From the NCBI RefSeq assembly GCF_001194135.2, contig NC_068989.1, positions 88,656,989-88,720,988 of the forward strand: DNA of 64,000 nt, written 5' to 3'. The stretch's first letter is position 1, and each line of letters opens with the position of its first letter. This document shows, piece by piece, positions 42,448 to 53,110 of this stretch. The DNA comes from Octopus bimaculoides. Lineage: Eukaryota. Below the pieces are notes generated by a model, which ran no database searches, was not told the DNA's origin, and saw only the letters and a program-made list of their open reading frames with translations. Made by a program: the position numbers and the translations under genes.

Positions 42448-43076
42448 GGTGCCAGGAAAAAGCACTGGTGCTTGTGCCACGAAAAAGCACTGCTGCCTGC
42501 CAGTGCCATGAAAGAGCACTGCTGCCTGCCGGTGCCACGAAAGAGCACTGCTGCCTGCCGGTGCCACGAAAGAGCACTGCTGCCTGCCGGTGCCACGAAN
42601 NNNNNNNNNNNNNNNNNNNNNNNNNNNNNNNNNNNNNNNNNNNNNNNNNNNNNNNNNNNNNNNNNNNNNNNNNNNNNNNNNNNNNNNNNNNNNNNNNNNN
42701 NNNNNNNNNNNNNNNNNNNNNNNNNNNNNNNNNNNNNNNNNNNNNNNNNNNNNNNNNNNNNNNNNNNNNNNNNNNNNNNNNNNNNNNNNNNNNNNNNNNN
42801 NNNNNNNNNNNNNNNNNNNNNNNNNNNNNNNNNNNNNNNNNNNNNNNNNNNNNNNNNNNNNNNNNNNNNNNNNNNNNNNNNNNNNNNNNNNNNNNNNNNN
42901 NNNNNNNNNNNNNNNNNNNNNNNNNNNNNNNNNNNNNNNNNNNNNNNNNNNNNNNNNNGTGCCGCGAAAGAGCACTGCTGCCTGCCGGTGCCGCGAAAGA
43001 GCACTGCTGCCTGCCGGTGCCGCGAAAGAGCACTGCTGCCTGCCGGTGCCGCGAAAGAGCACTGCTGCTGGTGCCA
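42448..43076. repeat. 29-bp GC-rich minisatellite (gaaagagcactgctgcctgccggtgcc(a/g)c) spanning an assembly gap
   Basis: Directly visible; explains the spurious ORFs with a 29-aa period. Confidence 0.9.
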
Positions 43077-44182
43077 TTTAAAAAATGTATAGTACACTCA
43101 GTAAAGTTGTTGGCACTAGAAAGAGCATCCAGCCATAGAAACAATGCTAAGACAGGCAATGGAACATGATACAACTCCTGGAATTGCCAGCTCCTGTGAA
43201 ACCATCCAACCCATGCCGGCATGGAAAACAGACATTAAATGATGACGATGATGTTTATAAGTTAATTTATCTAAACATGTCTTACATAAAATTATAATGG
43301 AAGATTTTAATTTAGATAAGAGGCATGGGCATGGCTGTGTGGCTAAGAAGTTTGTTTCACATTCACATAGTTTAGAATTCCATCTTTTGAGTAAGCATCT
43401 TCTGTAGTCCCTGGCCAAATAACACCATTTGAGGGAATTTGGTTGACAGAAATTGTAAGAAGCCCATCATGTGTGTGTGGGTGTGTATGAATGTTTTGCT
43501 ATTCCTTGCTACTCAGTGCTTTTCAAGTGCTGTGGAATGATTTCCTTACTTGACAAAACTGTTATGAATTGGAAACAGGAAGTGTGTTGTTTATATGCTA
43601 GCATGGAAACAATGATAAATAAATGGAAGGAGTGGTTGTTTTATTTCATTAAAACAGATGGTCTCAAGCAATTTAGTATCAAACTGTTTAAAAGAACATA
43701 ACTTGAGAGAACATCTGTAAACATGTTTGACTTGGCATTGTTGTTCTTTATTAAACCTTTAGCATTTAAGCAGGCCATATCCAGCCCAAATTTTCTACCT
43801 GTTTCATGTCCAAACCAAGACCTGGCTTCTCACATCTACTCTACAATGTGATGCTAAAAATAAACAATCACATCATCGAAATCTCAATGTTACAAGACGA
43901 TGCATAATTAATTGAAATCGTCATTGTCGTGAATAAAAAGGCATGCATTTGACTAGCATTTTATTATTTGTAATGTGAACCTACAATTATTGTAACATAC
44001 TTGGAATATGTTATTTAGAATCACACTGAGATTTCAGGAAATATTCCTGTATAAAGAGATACTTTCAGATGCCTTATTTTGGCAGTGGTTGCTGAAAAAA
44101 GAATTTTTGTCGGACATCAGTGCAAGAATTGAAGTCAAGACAACCAGCTTTGGGAGAAATAAGTATTATTTGTATAGTATTG

Positions 44183-44349
44183 GATACTATCGTTGCTACT
44201 TCACAGCGTACTGACATTGTTATTCTACAAAGTGTGCTGACATCACTACTCCAGAGAGTACCGGCATTCTACAGAGTACCAGTATTGCTACTCTACAGAG
44301 TACCAACACTGCTACACCACAGACTACTGACATTGCTGCTCCATGTAGT
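44183..44349 (+). repeat. Degenerate 24-nt tandem repeat (consensus act gac att gct act cca cag agt)
   Basis: About 7 units readable as T-D-I-A-T-P-Q-S variants, with one frameshift. Confidence 0.6.
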
Positions 44350-44487
44350 ATGCAGACACCTCTTATTTTTATTTCTCTACTTTGCTATGTGATATTCATA
44401 TTCCACTAGATCATGTAGATATTTCATTAATTTTTACACAGTATTTTATATTGTAATCTATATTTTTTTTTCCCTTCCATTTGCTAG

Positions 44488-44649
44488 GGGCCAGATCAAG
44501 CTCGCTGATTTTGGCTTGGCTCGCTATTACGAGCCTGAAGACAGAGATAGATTATACACCAACAAGGTCATTACACTGTGGTACCGTCCACCCGAGCTGT
44601 TGCTGGGAGAAGAGCGTTATGGGCCAGCCATCGACGTCTGGAGTTGTGG
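44488..44649 (+). CDS. CDK12: CDK12/13 exon: DFG and activation loop ([53 protein letters not shown]), 162 nt
   Basis: ttgctag|G acceptor and GG|gtaagt donor. Translated by hand; this frame is not in the ORF track. Confidence 0.97.
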
Positions 44650-44999
44650 GTAAGTTGTTCTTTAGTCCTGGTCGGCTGAAATCTGGCAGACATATGATTA
44701 AAGACAGTCTAGCCAGGACCATCATGTCTTTCATTCAGGCTGCTTTACACAATATATTCTTCCTTTTTAAAAGATAGCTGTATGATTTGAAGCTTGTATA
44801 TAATTTTCATATTGTGTAATCTTTTATATATACTTGTTTATATCTTAATGTTGTGTGGGCTTTGTCCTATATATATATATACTTGTGTATCGTCTTCCTG
44901 TTGTGTAATCTTTTATAAAAACTTTGCTTGGTTTTTATTTTATTGTATTATTTATTTATCTATTTAATATTGTTTCCATTATTTTCTCTCCTCAAACAG

Positions 45000-45194
45000 C
45001 TGCATTCTTGGGGAATTGTTCACTAAGAAACCCATCTTTCAAGCCAGCCAGGAAATAACTCAGCTTGAACTGATCAGTCGTACATGTGGATGTGCTTGTC
45101 CAGCTGTGTGGCCAGATGTCATAAAGCTGCCACTCTTCCATTCCATGAAACCAAAGAAACAGTATCGTCGCCGATTACGAGAAGAATTTTCCTT
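45000..45194 (+). CDS. CDK12: CDK12/13 exon: kinase C-lobe ([15 protein letters not shown]...[13 protein letters not shown]), 195 nt
   Basis: caaacag|C acceptor and TT|gtgagt donor; in frame. Confidence 0.97.
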
Positions 45195-45427
45195 GTGAGT
45201 AGCTCTGAGAGACATTTGGCGGTGTGTGTGACAAAATATTGATCTGACCAGCTAAAACAGCTGGAGTGATAAATCCTTTGTAAAGTATCAGTTAAGTTAG
45301 ATCCTGGAATCGCTGATGTTGTTGTGGAGCCAAAAACCAGCCCTGATAAAACAGATCTAAGATGAAAGCCATTCCAGTTATGTATTATGTCAGGAACTAC
45401 ATTGTCTGTGCCACTTTTTTTTTATAT

Positions 45428-45644
45428 TTAACCCTTTAGCATTTGAAGTAGCCATATCTGGCCCAAATATTCCACCTGTTTTATCTTCAAACTGACCAGA
45501 TCTGGTCTCTCCCACCTACTCTACAATGTCATTCTAAAAATACACAACCACATTGCCAAAATATTAAAGCTATGTGATAATGCAAGATTAAATTTGAAAC
45601 AATGCTAGTAAATATGCAGATTAATCAGAATGCTTGAGGGTTAA
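45428..45644 (+). mobile_element. TTAA-flanked MITE family E; other copies about 18832-19000, 31375-31602 (-), 43752-43960, 62570-62768 (-)
   Basis: Termini ttaa-ccctttagcatt ... aatgcttgaggg-ttaa. Confidence 0.65.
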
Positions 45645-46440
45645 ATGTGAGATTGAGTTTTAGTTATGGTTTCTAGCAAATCAAATGAGTGCATAGAGCA
45701 GGCATGGACAACCTTTTTTGAGAAGTGGGCCACATGAGACATGGCTCATCATCAGAGGGGCTGCACCACTAAGAAAAATTCAAGGTAATTTTTCATTGGC
45801 ATACCGTTTAGCAAGTCCCGTGGGTTGCAGTTTGTCTGTGACTGGCAGTGAGGCTTCTCATTACCTTGTATATTCTGAAGGAAGCAAGTGTGTTGTATCA
45901 TGGACTCTAGCTTTATATCAATGGTAAATACACCAGCATCTTATCAAGGAGATGGTGAGAATTACAGTTTTTAAAACTGATTATATATCTTATGTTTTAA
46001 TGCTCTAATGAAGCATGCCCATACCAAGACAGTTGTCTCTTCTGCTCATATTGCATGTCCATATTAAAACAGCTGTCTCTTCTGTATACACATCTGTACC
46101 AGGACATTTGTCTCTCTGCACATATTACATGTCCAATCTGAAAATGCTATCTTTTCTGCATGCATTACATGTCTGGAATTGAACGATGCATCTCCTAAAT
46201 ATCACAAATAGACTTAGTCAGGGCTGAGTTCGCTTTACAAAGACATAATTTCAGGTTCAATCCCACTGCATGGCACAATGGGCAAGTGTCTTCTATTATA
46301 GTTATGTGAGTGGATTTGGAAGTTGAAGTAAGTTGAATGTGTGTGTGTTAGTGTCTCTTTGACATGCCATCCTGTGTTTGTTATAAATAAGTGGTTTCAC
46401 TTCCTACAAGTGGTTTCATTTGCAATTCCTACAAGTGGGC

Positions 46441-46597
46441 ATAGGAGTGGCTGTGGTAAGTAGCTTGCTTACGAACCACATGGTTCCAGGTTCAGTCCCA
46501 CTGCGTAGCACCTTGGGCAAGTGTCTTCTACTATAGCCTCAGGCCGACCAAAGCCTCGTGAGTGGATTTGGTAGACGGAAACTGAAAGAAGCCCATC

Positions 46598-46645
<48 letters not shown>

Positions 46646-46812
46646 ATGTGTATGTTTGCATGTCTGTGTTTGCTCCCCCATAACTTAGCGGTTCAGCAAA
46701 AGAGTCCGATAGAATAAGTACTAGGCTTACAAAGAATAAGTCCCGGGGTCGATTTGCTCGACTAAAAAGTCGGTGCTCCAGCATGGCCGCAGTCAAATGA
46801 CTGAAACAAGAA
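46441..46812 (+). mobile_element. Young SINE family A copy nested in an older hybrid SINE
   Basis: Clean A-box/B-box-like head (tggctgtggtaag; ggttcagtccc), internal (TA)n, flanked by a 39-nt duplication. Confidence 0.8.
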
Positions 46813-47118
46813 GGGAGTAAGTGGTTTCACTTCCTACAAGTAGTTTCATTTGCAATCTTCTGAGAAATCAATGTCCAGCCATTGTGCTGCTGGTGTTTGA
46901 AGGGCTGTGGGGAAATATTACCTTAGCAGGAAACAAAGATTAGTCACTGGAAGAGCATCCGACCATAGAAAATTTGCCTCAACAAATTTCATTTGACTTA
47001 GCTAAGCATAGAAAAATGGAAGTTATATTGAGTGTGATGATGATAGTGGTAGTGGTAATGATGATGATAACCCATATACATGGACAGTTGTTTGACTAAG
47101 CATCTTTTCTATTTTCAG

Positions 47119-47250
47119 TATTCCCAAGCCAGCTCTAGACCTGCTTGATCGTATGTTAGAACTTGATCCAAGTCGGCGATGCAGTGCTGAACAAGCTTTA
47201 AATTGTGCTTGGCTCAGAGATGTTGATCCTGCTAAAATCACACCACCTGA
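47119..47250 (+). CDS. CDK12: CDK12/13 exon: end of kinase domain ([27 protein letters not shown]...ITPP), 132 nt
   Basis: ttttcag|T acceptor and GA|gtatga donor; in frame. Confidence 0.95.
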
Positions 47251-49675
47251 GTATGATGGGCTTTTTTTTTTTTTTTTTCTCTTTATACTTATCCCTGCTG
47301 TTTCTATTTCCATTCATCGTTGTTGTACATTGTACTATGTTATTATTATATAAGCTCACATCCCACTAGAGTCCAGCTTCCATTTCATTTCTTCAGTGTC
47401 GGTTCAATCTTCCACTTTTGAAATATGTGACCTTGTGCCAATGTTAGAAATCCTCATTTGTATTTATTCTTCTCATTGCTACTGATAATCCTTTCTAATT
47501 TGGGCACAAGGCCAGCAATTTTGGTGGAAGGGGCTAAGTCAATTACATCAACCCCAGTGCTTAACTGGTATTTATTTCATCGACCTCAAAAGGATGAAAG
47601 GCAAAGTTGACATCGGAGGGATTTGAACTCAGAATGTAAAGAGGACCAGAAGAAATTCCACTCAGTAGTTTATTTGATGTGCTAACAACTCTGCCAGTTT
47701 GCCACCCCAGCAGCAGCAGCACTAGCAGCAGTAGTAGTAGTAGTAATAAAATAACAACAACTACTATATGTGCTGAAGCTACATAAAATGCACCTGTGCT
47801 GGTGTTATGTAAAAAGCACTCGGTACATTTTGTGAAGTGGTTGGCATTAGGAAGGGCAGCCAGCCCTAGAAATCATTCCAAAACAGACACTTGGAACCTG
47901 GTGCAGCTCTCCTGCTTGCCAGCTCCTATCAAACTGTCCAACCCATACCAGCCTGGAAAATGGAGGTCAAATGATGATGATGAATAAGGGAGAAAAAAGA
48001 AATTGCTAAAGATTTCATGAATGATGCCCAAGCTGTGAACATCCTGAGGGGAATGTGTCAACTGTTGTTCCAAAGAGAGTAAAATTAATGGCCAAGAAAA
48101 AAAAGCACATGAACAGTTGGCAAGTAGATGGGAGCAGGAATCTCAGCATGGCAAATATGTGGCTTGTAGCAAACAAGCTGACGTTGACCAAAAGCACACC
48201 CATCTCAGGGCTATGAAGCTCAGGGCTAAAGGCAGAGGGCAAAGGGCTTCTTATTTACCCTCCAACTGCAAAATTAAGTTTCATGATTATTCCAGTAATT
48301 ATGTTAAATGTTTGCCAACAAATAGAATTGGTATTTTCTGCAAGCCTCAATAAACTTGACATATCTCAACCAGAGATAAGTTTCAAACATGACATTTCAC
48401 AATACAGTTCTATATTTAAGAGATGAGGAATTATGTACATTATTTACATTTGATGGATATTTGTCCTCACACCACTAATTATATTAATTGTTAAGCTGGT
48501 GTTGGAAACATACCTTAAAAGATTCTTACATAAAATGATAGCAGAAGCTTTTAATTTAAATATGGACATTTCCAAGTAAAAGCTTTTGTATCAGAGAACC
48601 ACTTTGGTTGGTGGTTTCACTTGAATTAAACAAGTGTTAAATCTGTGTTGATAGTGGTGGTAGTTTTTGGGCATTTAGATAAAAATTTTGTACAAGCATG
48701 GCTGTGTAGTAACAAGTTTACTTCCCAATCATATGGCTCTGGGTTCAGTCCCACTGCGTGGTCCCTTGGGCAAGTGTCTTCTACTATAGCATCAGGCCAA
48801 CCAAAGCTTTGTGAGTGGATTTAGTAGATGGAAACTGAAAGAAGCCTGTCGTGTATATGTATGTATGTGTATCTGTGTTTGTCCTCACCACTGCTTGACA
48901 ACTGGTGTTGGTGTGTTTATGTCCCTATAACTTAGTGGTTTGGCAAAAATGATCAATAGAATAAATGATAGGCTTAAATAAGTACTGGGGTTGATTCTTT
49001 TGACTAAAATTCTTTAAGGCGGTACCCCAGCATGGCCACAATTTAATAACTGGAACAAAGAAAAACTAAAAGATAATTCTTTCTCTCTCCTCTCTCTTTG
49101 ATATACATATTTTGTTTTTCGATTTGGACTACAAAATTCTTGATGTGAACTTGTGTGTTGAAACAAATTTTGTTGCATCTCAGGAGAGTCATTATGCCGG
49201 CAATAAACACATGCAGACAGGGCACGTTATTGATGAGGCCACAAATGGCAGTGAAAGGACTTTTGACAAACCTAGCTGTTTGATAGATTGACCGAATGAT
49301 TAATCAAACAGTTAATTGGTTAAATGTTAGCTAATTGACTAATAATGATAAAAGGTACTGGTATCACATGATAAGATCCCAGTCCACTCTGTAAGGTGGT
49401 TGGTTTTAGAAAGGGCATCCAGCTGTAAAAACCAGGCCAAAACAGATGGCGGAGGTTGGTACAGTCCGCTGTCTCGTTAGCTCCTGTCAAACCGTCCAAC
49501 CCACACTAGCATGGAAGACGGACATGAAATGATGGTGGTGGTGATGGCAGAAATTAAGTGAAAAAGAACCAATGTGTGTGTGTTTATTATTGGCATGAAG
49601 ACCCTCCCAAGATGCAGCAATATATATATATATATAATATATATGTTTGTTTGTTTTGCCTTTTTCTCTTTACAG

Positions 49676-51476
49676 ATTTCCTAGGGACCAAGATTGCCAT
49701 GAAATGTGGATTAAGAACCGAAAACGAAGTCTGCGAGAAGCTATGAAAAGAGAACAAGAAGTGAGTCACCAAATAAACATGCAACCCAAAGGTAATCCAC
49801 CACTGATTGGGGCTTGTAAAGGTAGATTGCCTATCAGCAGCAGCAGCAGTGGTGGTAGTAGTAATAGTGAGAATCCAAAGCCTTTCTCTTATCTGTCAAG
49901 GGACAACCCCAGCCATGCTATGATATCAGAAAGGCTCAAGAGTGAAGATCCAGCTGGCCTGGGCTTTAGTTCTGAACCTCTTATAAAAGACAATAGAGTT
50001 CTTACAAACAGTGGTAAAGAAGCACTGAGTTCAAATGTTGAAATTGCTGACAGCAAGGACGATTCCATCGTGTCATCTTCTACTGATTTTGAAGCGAAGT
50101 GTAAAACAATATCATCGCCCAATCCACAGCAGTTGCAGTCCATTGTTCAGATGCTGAAGTCTAGTCAGGGGGGACTGAGTATTGAGGACCTGGCGAAAAA
50201 ACTGAACGTACGCTGTGACAAAACTACCATAAAGTTGCTAGAGAGCCTCAATAAACAATTGCAGAGTGAAGGCAGTTTGTCAAAATCAGAACATTCTGGC
50301 CTCCCTGTCACACCTCAAACGCCAAAGACTCCACATAGTCCTCCTCCTGGCTTTCACAGCTTTGAAAGGCAGGCAGGTAATACATTCCGGGCAGTTAATT
50401 GTTCTCAGAGGTTAGGCGAGAATTCTAAACTGCTAGAGTGCAAGGACGAGCCTGGTTATGGTAATTCAAACAGCAATAATAGCGGCAACTCAGCCTCTAT
50501 GTGTGGGGTTTGTGACATGGCTGACAATAGTAACACTGGTAGTCAGATGGGCCTGCTGCCACCACCAAACATAGGGTTACCGCCTTCTGTGTTAAAATAT
50601 GACAACCCACCCTTATCGGCAGATGGTCATTCACGGAGCAGTAGTAACAATATGGACAACATTTACCATAGTTGTGTGGGTCCTGACTACGGTCACAATG
50701 CCACTAGTAGCAGCAGTATTTCTTCTAGTCTGTCGCCCACCTCACAAGACACCAGCACTGTTTCTTCCTTAAATGTCAGTTCTGCAGGTAGTAATATTGT
50801 TACTTCTCAGGCCATTCTTGATAGTCTAGCCACAGATGTGCTGGTGCCTGCCAAAGTGAATTTTGGATCAACACAGACAGTCACTTCAAAAGTTGAATTT
50901 GACAAACCTTCTAAGAACTTCCCGTCACCACTCAGTAAAAACCAGCCTATTTACCCTTTGGATGACATGCGCTACCCTCCACCACATCCACATGTGACTC
51001 TTCACCATCCGCCTCCTCCCAGTAGTGTGGCTCCTGTTAGTGTTAGTGGCAGCGGCCAAGGCATGCCTGCTGCGGCCGCTGCAGCTGCCGCCGCTGCTGC
51101 TGCCACTGCTGGTGGGAACGATGGCGCTGTGTCTCTCCGAGCGAAAGTGCAAAGTTACTTTGACACGTACGGGCAGGATGACAGCATGCCACGTCCAAGC
51201 CCGTCACCATTTGGACTGGTGGCCACACCTCGAGGCGGCATGAGGCGGAGACCCTACCACGGGGCGACACCCCTCGGCCCACACAACCTTCCTCTCCCCC
51301 CTCCACGTAACCCCAGCCACAGGCCGGCCATGCCACCAGTATTGAACAACACACCGCCACCCAACTTGCCATCACATTCTATTCCAAGTACTATGAGTTC
51401 CAGTGGTGGTGGTGGTGGTAGTGGTGGTGGCAGTGGCGGTGGTGGTCTTTATCAAGGCGGGCATGTGGGGTGGTAG
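49676..51476 (+). CDS. CDK12: CDK12/13 terminal coding exon: C-terminal extension (FPRDQDCHEMWIKNRKR) and about 600 aa Ser/Pro/Ala/Gly-rich tail, stop TAG
   Basis: tttacag|A acceptor. A 1.8 kb open frame; QDCHE matches the CDK12/13 kinase extension. The nine exons total 3670 nt = 1 split base + 1223 codons including the stop. Confidence 0.95.
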
Positions 51477-52131
51477 CAGAATTGATAATAAACATCGCTT
51501 GAATACACACACACACACACACACACTCTCTCTCACCTGGGCACATTTACACACAGATTTTCACCTATACACAAAACAAATCATCCATACACGCACATAC
51601 ACACATTGTTTACTTTTCTTTTATGAATAGTGCTCATATAATTCAGAGAAAGCTCTGCCAAATGAATATTTTTTTTAAAAATTTTATTTCTGTCTGTTCG
51701 TCTGGGTTTTTCTCTTTCTTTCGTCAAAACAGTTTTATATTATTATTTAAGATTTTTATATTAATTTTAATTTCTTTTTCATTCCTTCTGTATTTCCTCA
51801 CCCTTGTTCCTTCTCTTTCATTTTTTTCTTTCTCTCTCTCTCTCTCTCTCTCCTCCCATTCTCTCTTGTTTCTTTTTTGTCTTTTTTTTCCTAAATGTTA
51901 TTCAGTTGGTACTTTGGTTCTGGAACTTTTTCAGGATTTCGAAAGCAAATAGACCTTGAAAAAGTGGAAATTTATTAAAAAACAAAACTTAAAGTAAAAA
52001 TTTAAAAAAAAAAAAAAATGTTCAAAAATTTTTAAAACCTAAAAAAAAGGAGAAGCAAAAAGAAGCCCCCTTCCTGCCCCAAAATAACAACCAACCAAAA
52101 CAACAAAATTGCGCTGATACTTAACCAAGAA

Positions 52132-52152
52132 AATAAAATTTAATTAAATAAA
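52132..52152 (+). promoter_or_regulatory. Candidate polyadenylation signals for CDK12 (AATAAA at 52132 and 52147)
   Basis: Hexamers about 660 nt after the stop. The region is very A-rich, so they may be chance matches. Confidence 0.3.
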
Positions 52153-52457
52153 TGAGAAAATTTCCAAAAAGAAAATTATAATTATTAACCCCCCGCTCCT
52201 GTCAAAGAAATTATAAGAAGAAAGAAGACAAGAAGAAAAAGAAGAAGAAGACGACGACTTGACTACTTTTCTGTAAATGTGAAAAACAATTTGCTGGTTA
52301 AAGGGAGAAAAACAAATAAACAACAGAAAAACAACAAAGACTGACAGTAATAAAACATGTATGTATGAACTCTGCTTCCAATCCAACAATTTAAAACAAA
52401 CCTATCCCACCCACTTCCACCTCCCCCTCCCATGTTCATGTAATTCTTTTTGCATCA

Positions 52458-52518
<61 letters not shown>

Positions 52519-53110
52519 GTGGTGGCGAGCTGGCAGAATCGTTAGTGCACCGGGCGAAATGCTTAGCGGTATTTGGTCTGTCTTTACGTTCTGAGTTCAA
52601 ATTCCGCTGAGGTTGACTTTGCCTTTCATCCATTCGGGGGTCGATAAATTGCATACCAGTTACACACTGGGGTTGATGTAATCGACTGGCCCCCTCCCCT
52701 AAAATTTCGAGCCTTATTATTGTTGTTATTATTATTATTATTGCCGCAAGCTGGCAGAATCGTTAGCACACCAGGTGAAATGCTTAGTAGTATTTCGTCT
52801 GCCACTACATTCTGAGTTCAAATTCTGCCAAGGTCGACTTTGCCATTCAGCCTTTCAGGGGTTGATAAATTAAGTACCAGTGAGACACTGGGGTTGATGC
52901 AATCGACTCAGCCCCTACCCAAAAGGGCTGCCCTTGTGGCAAAATTTAAACCTTTATTATTATTAAGGCAGCAAGTTGGCGGAACTGCTAATCTGTCAGA
53001 CAAAATGCTTAGTGACATTTCACCTCTCTATGCTCTGAGTTCAAATTCAGCCAAGGTCAACTTTGCTTTTCATCCTTTTGGGGTCCAATATAATCAGTGC
53101 CAGTCAAGTA
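52519..53110 (+). mobile_element. Three tandem SINE family B copies downstream of the CDK12 stop
   Basis: Three successive heads at about 52519, 52743 and 52965, each preceded by (TTA)n. Confidence 0.75.

Noticed and set aside
42374-43222. Long ORFs in all frames
   Set aside because: Produced by the 29-bp minisatellite and the N gap.
46441-46510. tRNA genes
   Set aside because: tRNA-like A/B boxes are SINE heads that continue into SINE bodies; no complete cloverleaf was seen.
49889-51375. Antisense and alternative-frame ORFs over the last CDK12 exon
   Set aside because: Shadow ORFs of a GC-richer coding exon, with no independent signals.
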